From positions 1-55,663 of the forward strand of contig CAYIKF010000001.1 of the NCBI GenBank assembly GCA_964363945.1: a stretch of 55,663 nt of DNA. Direction: 5' to 3'. The notes under the pieces are model-generated. The model worked only from the letters and a program-made list of their open reading frames with translations, searched no databases and was not told the DNA's origin. The position numbers and the translations under genes were made by a program. Positions 27,507-35,821 of this stretch are shown here, one piece after another (positions within the stretch are counted from its first letter, which is position 1; every line of letters starts with the position of its first letter). The stretch is from an uncultured Gammaproteobacteria bacterium (GTDB lineage Bacteria > Patescibacteriota > Microgenomatia > UBA8517 > JACQJR01).

Positions 27507-28542
27507 ATTTAGCTTGCGAAAATTGCTGTGCTCGTTTTTTACAAGTTTTGGAAAATTTTATTCTTTCTTTCTCATCTTTAATGAGACGCACTGTTTGCTC
27601 TCTAAGTTCGTTTCGTGAATCCCATAGAATTCCATTTATCCCATTCTCAATAATCTCACTATATCCCCCCTTGTTGTTTACTACGGGAACACACCCTGCG
27701 GCCATCGCTTCGACCACCACTATCCCGAAGTGCTCAACCTTTTCTGGCTCTTTTTCCTCGTTAACTCCAAATCCTGATGCTGACCAAAAAATTTTTGCCC
27801 TACCATATAGTTTTTTAAGTGCTTCAAAATCCGGATTTTCAATAATCTCAATTGGGTAACCTCTAGTTTCAAACCTCAAACTTCTAGCAAATTCTTCTCC
27901 TCCAATATCACTTCCTCCTGCAAGAATAAGCTTCCACCCTTCCAAACCCCCATCAACCATTTTTTTGAATACCGACACTAATACATCTTGCCGTTTTGCT
28001 TGAAGTAGTTGAGAAAACCTTCCTATGGAAAGAATAATATTTTCTTTTTTACCCTGCTTGCCAACAGGCAGGGTATTAAATTCTTCCACGTCAACCGGAG
28101 GATACACAACCACACTATTTACCCCATATTCTTTATCAATAAATTTCTTTGTAAATTTTGAATTACATACAACTTTATGAATTCTTCTTAACTTCAATCG
28201 ATTGAAAAGCGATTTTCCGCTCACATCATGAAATGGAACTTGAAAGTGAAGAATATTTTTCTGGGCATATAAACGTGGAATACTTCCATCTGATAACCAA
28301 AAACACAAATCATATTCTCTTCCCTTATGAATGCCAGAAACAACTCTTACACCAGATAAGTCTAGCCCCAATCTATCTTCCAGCTTTTTTAATATTCCAG
28401 CATCATCCCATTCTACATCCACCTCCCACCCATTCTTTTCCAAAACTTGAGCAACTGTCATCACATACCGTTCCCCACCACCAAGAGTATCCAAATATGG
28501 ATTGTAAATTGCAGCCCTCATAGCCTTCTTTGCATTTCCCAC
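27475..28542 (-). CDS. Glycosyltransferase family 4 (GT-B)
   Basis: 355 aa with LDTLGGGERY at the N-terminus and VEHFGIVVVEAMAAGCVPV (E-x7-E). The probable true start is Met-8 at 28521, which gives an ATGA overlap with the upstream stop (28518-28521). Confidence 0.85.
   Translation of the reverse strand: MGNAKKAMRAAIYNPYLDTLGGGERYVMTVAQVLEKNGWEVDVEWDDAGILKKLEDRLGLDLSGVRVVSGIHKGREYDLCFWLSDGSIPRLYAQKNILHFQVPFHDVSGKSLFNRLKLRRIHKVVCNSKFTKKFIDKEYGVNSVVVYPPVDVEEFNTLPVGKQGKKENIILSIGRFSQLLQAKRQDVLVSVFKKMVDGGLEGWKLILAGGSDIGGEEFARSLRFETRGYPIEIIENPDFEALKKLYGRAKIFWSASGFGVNEEKEPEKVEHFGIVVVEAMAAGCVPVVNNKGGYSEIIENGINGILWDSRNELREQTVRLIKDEKERIKFSKTCKKRAQQFSQAKFEDEILKVIL
28051..28074. repeat. GC-rich hairpin ACCCTGCTTG-CCAA-CAGGCAGGGT (one mismatch) inside GT4 27475-28542
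   Basis: Read directly. It shares the CCTGC...GCAGG arms with 17124-17141 and encodes LPVGKQG. Confidence 0.7.
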
Positions 28543-29369
28543 AACTTAGCATACGTCGCAAATCGACTCCATCCTTGATAAATTGAAAAGATAACACCGG
28601 GTACTCCATCCAAAAAACCAAGCTTCAGTATCAATCGATCAAAAATCTCGGTAAAAACAGGACGGAAAAACCTCCACCATGTCATTTTCGGATGACCACT
28701 CTCAAGTAAAAGCTTTGCTTCAATCCTAGACCATTTATTAGTTTTTTGAACCATATCTGAAAGGTTATCCTCTTTTAAATGGATAAAGGGATTTTTTAGA
28801 AAGCCCGTTTCGCCGCTAATTTTGGGTTGTTCATGGAGCTCTCCTTCCCAACGAATTAACTTATCACGAAGCATCAATCGCACCACATAATCCGGCCACC
28901 AACCGCCGTGATGCAACTCTTTTCCAAAAACAAAATTTCGGCGGGGAATTGCAAAAGCAACATAGGAAGGTGACGGGTGGTGCGAGCGGAGGGAGTCCCA
29001 GCGAGCGCCCGCAATCCGCCAGCTGGCGGACGAGGACGTCGGCTGGGACGAGCGAGCAACAGGACCCGTCACTGATTCAATTTCTCCCCTTAATTCAGGT
29101 GTCACTCTCTCATCCGGATCTATATAAAAAAGCCATTCACCTTTTGCTACCTCTTTTCCCTGATTTCTCCATGTATCAAAACTTCCCGGTTTTTGTTTGA
29201 ATATTCTCGCTTTATACTTCTTCCCAACCTCAAGTGTTTTATCGGTTGAGCCACCGTCAAGCAGAACAATTTCTCCCATCCCTTCCACCAGATGGTGGAC
29301 AGATTCTAAACATTCAGGTAACTTTTCAGCAGCATTTTTTGTAAGAACGACAATTGATAGCTGTATCAT
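28518..29369 (-). CDS. Glycosyltransferase family 2 (WaaE/KdtX-like), interrupted in frame by a 103-bp GC-rich palindromic element
   Basis: 283 aa with LSIVVLTKNAAEKL, LLDGGSTDKT, IDPDE and HHGGWWPDYVVRL. The segment PVARSSQPTSSSASWRIAGARWDSLRSHHPSPS has no counterpart in the paralogs 5606-6484 and 30327-31223. Confidence 0.8.
   Translation of the reverse strand: MIQLSIVVLTKNAAEKLPECLESVHHLVEGMGEIVLLDGGSTDKTLEVGKKYKARIFKQKPGSFDTWRNQGKEVAKGEWLFYIDPDERVTPELRGEIESVTGPVARSSQPTSSSASWRIAGARWDSLRSHHPSPSYVAFAIPRRNFVFGKELHHGGWWPDYVVRLMLRDKLIRWEGELHEQPKISGETGFLKNPFIHLKEDNLSDMVQKTNKWSRIEAKLLLESGHPKMTWWRFFRPVFTEIFDRLILKLGFLDGVPGVIFSIYQGWSRFATYAKLWEMQRRL
28970..29072. repeat. 103-bp GC-rich imperfect palindromic element: termini GTGACGGGT/ACCCGTCAC, inner TCCCAGC/GCTGGGA blocks, central TCCGCCAGCTGGCGGA at 29015-29030
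   Basis: Read directly. It is translated in frame in GT2 28518-29369, again with SASWR at the core. Confidence 0.85.
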
Positions 29370-30325
29370 GGATTAAAACTTCCTTTCCCAAAGTTACCGA
29401 AATAATAATCTAACACTCCTCGTCGCTGCCATGGCCGCCCATTGAAAAGAAGACGTACCGACTCACGAAGTAGTGCAAATCGAGAACGAAGTGGTGCGAA
29501 ACGGCTCCCGAACAGAAGTCGGTTGCGAGTGATGTAATAATCATTCAGCTCACTCCCAATCGCAGAACTTTGAGCAACCTTGTGCCAGAGATAAGCAGAT
29601 GGAGCATATAAAATTTTAAAACCTGCCCTTTTTGCCCTTTGACAAAAATCAGCGTCTTCCCAATATAAAAAATAATTCTTATCCAAAAAACCAATTTTTT
29701 GAAAAACTTCTCTTTTAATAAACATGCATGCACCAGTCGCAAAATCGGTTTCGACAACCTTATCATATTGCCCATTGTCTACTTCATCGACCCCACGATG
29801 ACTTGCAAGAACATTATTCCAGCTAACCATTCCCCCCACATACCATATAACCTTTCCCTGCTCTGTCTTTTTATACCTATCTTTATGGAACTCAAAACCT
29901 TTAGCGAAATATATTTTGGGGGATATAATTCCTATCTCTTCGGGCTTTATTGCTGTTTTCCCGCGTAGCGGGACCCCGCCTTCTGCGGTGGTAATCAATT
30001 GAACTATTAAATTTTTCTCGAGCACCGTATCATTATTAAGAAGCATTACAAAATCGCTACCCACTTTTAATGCAGCTTTTATCCCCACATTATTTCCTTC
30101 CGAGAAACCAAGATTTTTCTTGTTTTCAATTAGATGAAATTGGAAATTGGAAATTGGAAATTGGAAATTCCGCAACGCGGTTGCCGATCCATCCGTAGAA
30201 CCATTGTCCACAACAAAAATTGGAAATTGGAAATTGGAAATTGGAAATTCTCGCATGCTCTTTAAGCATGCGAGCGTATCTTCCTTTCCATTCCAATTAA
30301 GAATGACTATTCCTATTTTTTTCAT
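29366..30325 (-). CDS. Glycosyltransferase family 2
   Basis: 319 aa with IGIVILNWNG, VVDNGSTDGS, LLNNDT and YWEDADFCQR. Two heptamer arrays flank the VVDNGSTDGS segment, and a GC hairpin insert encodes GGVPLRGKTA. Confidence 0.85.
   Translation of the reverse strand: MKKIGIVILNWNGKEDTLACLKSMREFPISNFQFPIFVVDNGSTDGSATALRNFQFPISNFQFHLIENKKNLGFSEGNNVGIKAALKVGSDFVMLLNNDTVLEKNLIVQLITTAEGGVPLRGKTAIKPEEIGIISPKIYFAKGFEFHKDRYKKTEQGKVIWYVGGMVSWNNVLASHRGVDEVDNGQYDKVVETDFATGACMFIKREVFQKIGFLDKNYFLYWEDADFCQRAKRAGFKILYAPSAYLWHKVAQSSAIGSELNDYYITRNRLLFGSRFAPLRSRFALLRESVRLLFNGRPWQRRGVLDYYFGNFGKGSFNP
29959..29991. repeat. GC-rich double-hairpin element (CCCGC-GTA-GCGGG plus CCGC-CTTCT-GCGG) inside GT2 29366-30325
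   Basis: The minus-strand reading GGTCCCGCTACGCGGGAAAACA matches 21 of 22 nt of the plus-strand GGTCCCGCTTCGCGGGAAAATT at 41230-41251. Confidence 0.8.
30136..30170. repeat. Tandem heptamer array (GGAAATT)x4-5 on the plus strand, AATTTCC on the coding strand
   Basis: Read directly. It encodes NFQFPISNFQF in GT2 29366-30325. Confidence 0.95.
30216..30250. repeat. Second tandem heptamer array (GGAAATT)x4-5, 80 bp from the first
   Basis: Read directly. It encodes FPISNFQFPIF. Together with 30136-30170 it brackets the codons for VVDNGSTDGS. Confidence 0.95.
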
Positions 30326-30326
30326 T

Positions 30327-31223
30327 TTATCGGGTCAAGCGACGCAGAAGTTTATGAAATACAGTGGGTCTTCTCATGCGTTTGGCTACTAACCAGTGGT
30401 CTAACTCTCCCTCCGCATCGGTAAGTGTATTCTCAACCTCCGAAACATCAAGAGTCGTAACCTTAAACTTTTCTGTTTCCCATACCTTCAAATACAGGAC
30501 AAGCTCGGAAAATGCCTGAAGAAGCGACAGCGCCAACCCATGAACACCATCCTTGTATCCCTCTCCAGCTAAAAACCTACTCACAAATTCACTAGTTGGT
30601 TTTGAAATTAAATCTCGCCAATTAAATTTGTATCCATCTCTAATTTTTGTTTCCGCCTGAACTCCGCTGTAGCGGTTCATTCTTTCAAGATATTGTGAAA
30701 TTGTTTGATAGTTATAGTGAACAATCGCAAATCTCTCCTGCGCCGGTAAATCCCACCCAACTCCATGGGTCTCGGGTACTGAATGGATGATTTCACTCCA
30801 TAAAACACTACCCTTCTTAAAAAACCGAATCTGGTAATCTGGCCACCAGCGTGAGTGCCTCGTCCATTGTCCAAAAATAATATTTTTACGAGGGAGTCTA
30901 TAAAAATCGGCATTGGGCTTTGTTGCTAATTTTTTTAATTGCTTTGCAAGACTGTCGGGTATCTCCTCATCAGCATCAAGAACTAAAATCCAAGGACCCG
31001 TTGCTTTACTAACCGCAAAATTGCGGGCGGGCTCAACATACCCGGTTGGTTCATGGGTATACACGCGAGCGCCACTCTCCTTGGCAACTGCAACCGTATT
31101 ATCGGTTGAGTGCATATCAACAACGATAATTTCGGATGCAAGTTCTTTAATCGAGCTGAGCGTACGAGGAAGATTTTTTTCTTCGTTTAAGGTATTGATA
31201 ACGACGGAAATTCCATCCTTCAT
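30327..31223 (-). CDS. Glycosyltransferase family 2 (WaaE/KdtX-like)
   Basis: 298 aa with ISVVINTLNEEKNL, VVDMHSTDNT, LDADE and RWWPDYQIRFF. Confidence 0.85.
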   Translation of the reverse strand: MKDGISVVINTLNEEKNLPRTLSSIKELASEIIVVDMHSTDNTVAVAKESGARVYTHEPTGYVEPARNFAVSKATGPWILVLDADEEIPDSLAKQLKKLATKPNADFYRLPRKNIIFGQWTRHSRWWPDYQIRFFKKGSVLWSEIIHSVPETHGVGWDLPAQERFAIVHYNYQTISQYLERMNRYSGVQAETKIRDGYKFNWRDLISKPTSEFVSRFLAGEGYKDGVHGLALSLLQAFSELVLYLKVWETEKFKVTTLDVSEVENTLTDAEGELDHWLVAKRMRRPTVFHKLLRRLTR

Positions 31224-31234
31224 ATACCTTAATC

Positions 31235-32596
31235 TTACCTGAATTTCTCGAGTATTTGAAGCCTAGGCATCTTTACGCCAAAAATGTAGAGCATCTTGAC
31301 AAATAAAATAACATTTGCCAAAGAAAGAAGTCTTGTTATAAACCCTCCCTGCCACTCAAAAATTGTCTTCAAACTTATCAACCATTCAGGAAACCACCAC
31401 TCGTTGTACAAATTAAGGAAAAATATCAAACTTACACCTAACCAATAAGGAAGAAGCTTTGGATAATATATTGTACTTATAAGTCCAAATACGACTCCTG
31501 CAAAAAAATAGCGTCCAAGCATATTCGTTAAGAAAAGCCAGCCTCCTGCTCCGACGATAAAAAGAGCAATAAATAAACCTTTTAAGGTTTTCTCTTTTGT
31601 AAATCTGAATGCCAGCAGATTGAGAAAGAAAAATACAATGTAACCCCAAATTTTAGCCGGTACAAAAAGAAAGAGAGCCTCTTGATTAAGCGCACGATTG
31701 CCGATTAATATATGCCAAAAATTGAATGCATTTGTAGAAACTCTAAATTCCGACTTTAAGAAAACTTTCTCAAAAAGTTCTTCGCCAAAAATAAATATAT
31801 TTTTATCGGTAAAGGAAAAAATAAGAACATAACATAGCGTCAGGACAAAAATAAAACCCATCAAAATCTCATAAAGTTTTGGTTTGTAAATAAAATAGAA
31901 CCATGAAAATAATGGCACAAAAATAAGAACTGTCGGCTTGATGCCGAAACTAACAAAAAAGAGTAGTGGTGCAAAAACAATTTGCCCCATGATTATTGCC
32001 AGAAACGAGGCAAACAAAGGAACAAAACTCACCTGGTCAGTTTGACCCCAAACGCTCCCGATATACCAGGAAAAGGGAGAAAGGAGATAAAGTCCTGCAA
32101 GTAAAAGCCCAGTCAGGCGTTTTTTCCCTGCGAGTAAATACAGAGTTATTCCAATAATTAGATCAGCAAAAACAGAAAGTAGTTTCAAACTGATCAAGGC
32201 ACCGGTATTAAAGCCAGTTGCACCGGTCCAGAAAGAAGTAAATTTCTCCATTCCAAACCATCTCGTGAAATCAAACCACCAGATAAAATACGTTGGTGCA
32301 AGACGATGTATCGCGATGAACGTACTTATATTGACAAATAAAGTTTTCAACCATTCAAAAAGGTCGAAAGAAAATGCATACAGCAAATTAACAAGAGGTG
32401 GTTGTGTGGGCCAGGAATATACCCAAATAGAATTGTCATAAAATCCTTTTGGGCCGTTTTTAAAAATCCATTCTCCCCAACCGGCGTTACTTAAAATATC
32501 GACATGGAATCCGCTATTAATAACGGCAAGCCGTAGAGCAAGAGAAATAAAAATCAAGACTAACAAAGGCAGAAATTCTCTAATTTTCTTAATCAC
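31235..32596 (-). CDS. Polytopic membrane protein, putative GT-C glycosyltransferase, paralog of 16569-17849
   Basis: 453 aa. Shares the WPTQPP, WGQTD and NAFNFW motifs with 16569-17849. Confidence 0.5.
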   Translation of the reverse strand: MIKKIREFLPLLVLIFISLALRLAVINSGFHVDILSNAGWGEWIFKNGPKGFYDNSIWVYSWPTQPPLVNLLYAFSFDLFEWLKTLFVNISTFIAIHRLAPTYFIWWFDFTRWFGMEKFTSFWTGATGFNTGALISLKLLSVFADLIIGITLYLLAGKKRLTGLLLAGLYLLSPFSWYIGSVWGQTDQVSFVPLFASFLAIIMGQIVFAPLLFFVSFGIKPTVLIFVPLFSWFYFIYKPKLYEILMGFIFVLTLCYVLIFSFTDKNIFIFGEELFEKVFLKSEFRVSTNAFNFWHILIGNRALNQEALFLFVPAKIWGYIVFFFLNLLAFRFTKEKTLKGLFIALFIVGAGGWLFLTNMLGRYFFAGVVFGLISTIYYPKLLPYWLGVSLIFFLNLYNEWWFPEWLISLKTIFEWQGGFITRLLSLANVILFVKMLYIFGVKMPRLQILEKFR

Positions 32597-34341
32597 TAAT
32601 TCTTTACCTCATAAATAGCAATTTCTTCGTTTTCAAAAATATTCTTAATGCCAAGCTGTTCCCCCCCCAGTCTAAATCTTTGATCAAATACCGGAGTCTG
32701 GCTAAGCGCCAGATAAAGATAGCGGATGTTGTTCTCATCCAAAAATTGCCTAGCCCAAGCCTGGTCTAGAGTGTCAAAAAGAATTTTTGCATAGTCACGG
32801 CGCTGCCTCCAATTAAATCCTGTTATATCTAAGTTAACCTCATCTTCAATAAAAACAGATTTCTTGGAGAATGCAGAAACGTAGGCCGTTGATTCATAAA
32901 GATAAAGCGGGCGGGGAGGATTATTCACTGCGAGTTCTGCTTTATAGCGATCAAACGGATAGGTAAGTACCACACCATCCGGTTGTTTTTCCAAAAACAT
33001 CAAAGCCTCCATCTCTTCATTTGAGATCTTTGCTGGGGGACGCATTGGTAGATAATGAAGAAAGAGTGTACTAACCGTTGTAGGAATAGTAATTAAAATT
33101 AAAAAGATAATAGCCCACTTTTTTAGTTTCTTTTCTTCAATAAGTTTCCCAACGAAAATCCCTGAGTAAATTACAAAAACAAAAAGCGAATAATAAAAAA
33201 ATTGGATTGTATTCCATGGAGTTCCAGCTTGAAGAATAGTCATTGGTAAAACAATTCCTAGCAATGCAATCATTAGAAGGAAAATATCAATCTCGGAAAA
33301 GTTCCTCCACGCTTTGCTCTTAACCATCCCCCACAAACCAATCAAACGTGTTCCCATATTACCAACAAAAAATATGACAAACGCCACAAGATACGCGAGG
33401 ATCAGTTTTATCAATATGCCCCCTGTTTTGTAATTCATCATCGCTCCATAAAATCTATCCCACCCGACTCTATCCGACACTGCCATCATCGTCTCCAAGA
33501 ACCAAAATGGTTGAAAAACAACTAATTGCCTTACAGACTTACCAGTTAGCCAGAGCAATGCAGCTCCAAGTAAAAAAGACCCTAAAAGAACTACCAATAA
33601 ATTACTTTTTAATACGAATTTTCTAGCATGGATTATTCCGAATAGTACCACCAACCCCAATCCTCCCATCACAAGTAGCCAAGCATAAACTTTAATTTGT
33701 GCCAATAAACCGAAAATTAAAATCGTAAATCCCACTTCGTAAATCCTAAATCTATTTTGAAGACGCAGTAAAAGAATCATCCCTAAAAGAATTAAAACAA
33801 GTGATAGAGCAAATGGCGGGTTAATGAGCGTTGATATTGCCTGTTGAGCCCAGAAAAGAGATTCTCCACCGATAACACCATCACGAAACAATGTAACGAC
33901 CCATCCAAAATCCCCTGCAAAATAAACAAAGAATGTCGCCCAGAATGCCTGTGTTCTTGATTTCCTCCAGACAGAAACAAACCTGTACGTCAAAACCCCA
34001 ACCAAGACTGCAAGTATCGGAGGGAGAATTTGAAAGTAAAGTGTATGGGCTGGAATACTCGTGATTTTATGAACGACAGCTAATACAAGGTCAAAACCGA
34101 TATGATAATTGCGAATAGGTTCTCCTGCAAAAATAGGCATTTCAAGGGAACCCCGAGATAGGTGATTAATTAATGCAATATGCCAAACTCCATCATGCCC
34201 ATTCGGTCCCCAAAATCCCATACCAAAGGAATATATAAGACCGCTTTTTACCATAGTAAGACTCCAGCTCAGCGAGCCTACTAAAACAAGCAGAATTACT
34301 CCAATGTTTTTATTAACCCTTTCTAAAAGTAGCATATACAT
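32596..34341 (-). CDS. Large polytopic membrane protein with a C-terminal soluble domain, function unknown (possible polymerase or GT-C)
   Basis: 581 aa with about 12 hydrophobic helices. The N-terminal loop is FWGPNGHDGVWHIALINHLSRG. The soluble tail is about 140 aa. I recognised no family. Confidence 0.4.
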   Translation of the reverse strand: MYMLLLERVNKNIGVILLVLVGSLSWSLTMVKSGLIYSFGMGFWGPNGHDGVWHIALINHLSRGSLEMPIFAGEPIRNYHIGFDLVLAVVHKITSIPAHTLYFQILPPILAVLVGVLTYRFVSVWRKSRTQAFWATFFVYFAGDFGWVVTLFRDGVIGGESLFWAQQAISTLINPPFALSLVLILLGMILLLRLQNRFRIYEVGFTILIFGLLAQIKVYAWLLVMGGLGLVVLFGIIHARKFVLKSNLLVVLLGSFLLGAALLWLTGKSVRQLVVFQPFWFLETMMAVSDRVGWDRFYGAMMNYKTGGILIKLILAYLVAFVIFFVGNMGTRLIGLWGMVKSKAWRNFSEIDIFLLMIALLGIVLPMTILQAGTPWNTIQFFYYSLFVFVIYSGIFVGKLIEEKKLKKWAIIFLILITIPTTVSTLFLHYLPMRPPAKISNEEMEALMFLEKQPDGVVLTYPFDRYKAELAVNNPPRPLYLYESTAYVSAFSKKSVFIEDEVNLDITGFNWRQRRDYAKILFDTLDQAWARQFLDENNIRYLYLALSQTPVFDQRFRLGGEQLGIKNIFENEEIAIYEVKN

Positions 34342-35806
34342 TTTTTAAATCTGATAAAACTTGCTCGCCGACAATAACATAAAGTAATAGAAGATAAAAA
34401 GCTATCCCTGACAAAACTAGAATAATTATTCCGAATAAATTTAATGGGATAATATTGCCAACCAGGAATACAAAAACACCCATTACTAAACTTGCAAAAA
34501 CGGGCTTGCCTACGCTTTCCAGAAAATTAAATCTCACAAATCGGACAGCCCACAAGATTGCAAAAATAGAGCTTGTTCCAACAATTGCAAAGCCCAATGC
34601 AGCTCCGTTAATGTGATAAAGAGCGGCCAGCGCTGGTACGAGCAGCCACGTAAGCGTAGTCCACATAATCATGAGTCTAAAGGTAACTGTAATTTTGCCA
34701 ATTGCAGTCAGCATATTTGTAAGAGGGGTTGTCACCGCTGCCCACGCACTATTTATCGTAATAAGTCCAAGCGCGAAGAGTGCCGGTTGCCATTTATCAT
34801 ACTTAGGAATTACCTCTGTTAGTGGCCCTGCAAGAAGTACTAACCCTATAAGTGAGGGGAATACGAGAGCGCTTACGAAAAAAATAGAACGCGAAACCGC
34901 ATGGGACAATTCTTTTTTATCATCCTGGAGACGCGAAAATGCAGGGAAAGTGACTTTTATCACCTGGTCCATAAAAAAACGTAGCGGGGCCTGTGCCCAC
35001 TTTTGCGCCCAGCCCAAAAGTCCGACTCCCGCCGGCCCAAGAATCCCACCCAAAACCATAGTCATACCATCATCTTTTGCAACGGCCAAAAACGTATTTG
35101 CTTGATAGGGGAGACCAAAACGCAGTAGTCTCGCAAGGGGACCCCTTGCGAACGCAAAACCGGGCATCCAAGGCTGGAGGATGTAAATTATAATAAGACC
35201 AGCAATCCCTCGGACAAGGACGGCAACTGTAAAACTTGTTATTCCCGCTCCTCGCCACGCAAGCAAAACCGCAACTCCATAAAACAAGAATGTTTCAATT
35301 ATTTGAGGAATTATTAACTTTTCAAACTTTAACTGTCGCTCAAGAATGACAGAAGGGATGGTTTTAAGTGAGGACAAAAAAAGCGATGCGGCAAGCGCCC
35401 ATAAAAGATACACTGATTGCTGGCTGAACCCATACAACTTTTGGAAAAGCGGCGTTGCGGCAACGATAATAAGCACCAAAAGTATTGTCAAACCCTGTTG
35501 AATAGTAAATGTGGTCCGTAATTCTTCGTCACGCGCCGCCTCTTTCTTTTGAATAAGCGCAGCAGCCAAGCCAATGTCAGAAAAATATGCAAAAAAATTA
35601 ATAACCGCCGACACTAAAAAGAAAACCCCATATTGTGTTGGAGTAAGGAAAATGGTGAGAAGAAACGTGGCAGCAAGCGCAACTGCTTGCAGAATTGCCG
35701 TCCTACCGGTGAGCGCCACGACTCCCCTTACCGTCCGCTTCTTTACCGTCTCAAGAGAAATTTCCTCTGTTGGTGCCAAATGTTCGCCAATTTCAACTCT
35801 GGCCAC
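34313..35806 (-). CDS. Wzx/PST-type polysaccharide flippase (MOP superfamily)
   Basis: 497 aa with about 14 TM helices. The N-terminal region VKKRTVRGVVALTGRTAILQAVALAATFLLTIFLTPTQYGVFFLVSAVINFFAYFSDIGLAAALIQKK is the typical opening of Polysacc_synt-type flippases. Confidence 0.75.
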   Translation of the reverse strand: MARVEIGEHLAPTEEISLETVKKRTVRGVVALTGRTAILQAVALAATFLLTIFLTPTQYGVFFLVSAVINFFAYFSDIGLAAALIQKKEAARDEELRTTFTIQQGLTILLVLIIVAATPLFQKLYGFSQQSVYLLWALAASLFLSSLKTIPSVILERQLKFEKLIIPQIIETFLFYGVAVLLAWRGAGITSFTVAVLVRGIAGLIIIYILQPWMPGFAFARGPLARLLRFGLPYQANTFLAVAKDDGMTMVLGGILGPAGVGLLGWAQKWAQAPLRFFMDQVIKVTFPAFSRLQDDKKELSHAVSRSIFFVSALVFPSLIGLVLLAGPLTEVIPKYDKWQPALFALGLITINSAWAAVTTPLTNMLTAIGKITVTFRLMIMWTTLTWLLVPALAALYHINGAALGFAIVGTSSIFAILWAVRFVRFNFLESVGKPVFASLVMGVFVFLVGNIIPLNLFGIIILVLSGIAFYLLLLYVIVGEQVLSDLKNVYATFRKG

Positions 35807-35821
35807 CCTTAAATTGTAACA

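Noticed and set aside
28518-28521. An alternative genetic code (TGA as sense, as in Gracilibacteria/SR1-type lineages)
   Set aside because: TGA terminates many well-delimited ORFs and forms ATGA stop/start overlaps (for example 2088-2091, 17846-17849, 28518-28521). Standard code 11 explains the whole window.
28970-29072. The GC-rich in-frame inserts as inteins or self-splicing introns
   Set aside because: At about 100 bp or less they are far too short. They lack intein block motifs and intron structures, and they are palindromic and translated in frame. A hairpin-repeat insertion explains them better.
32596-34341. This 581-aa membrane protein, or 35822-37303, as an oligosaccharyltransferase (PglB/AglB) or O-antigen ligase/polymerase
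   Set aside because: No WWDYG-type motif was seen, and I could see no clear Wzy_C/WaaL signature by eye. Left as unknown polytopic proteins.
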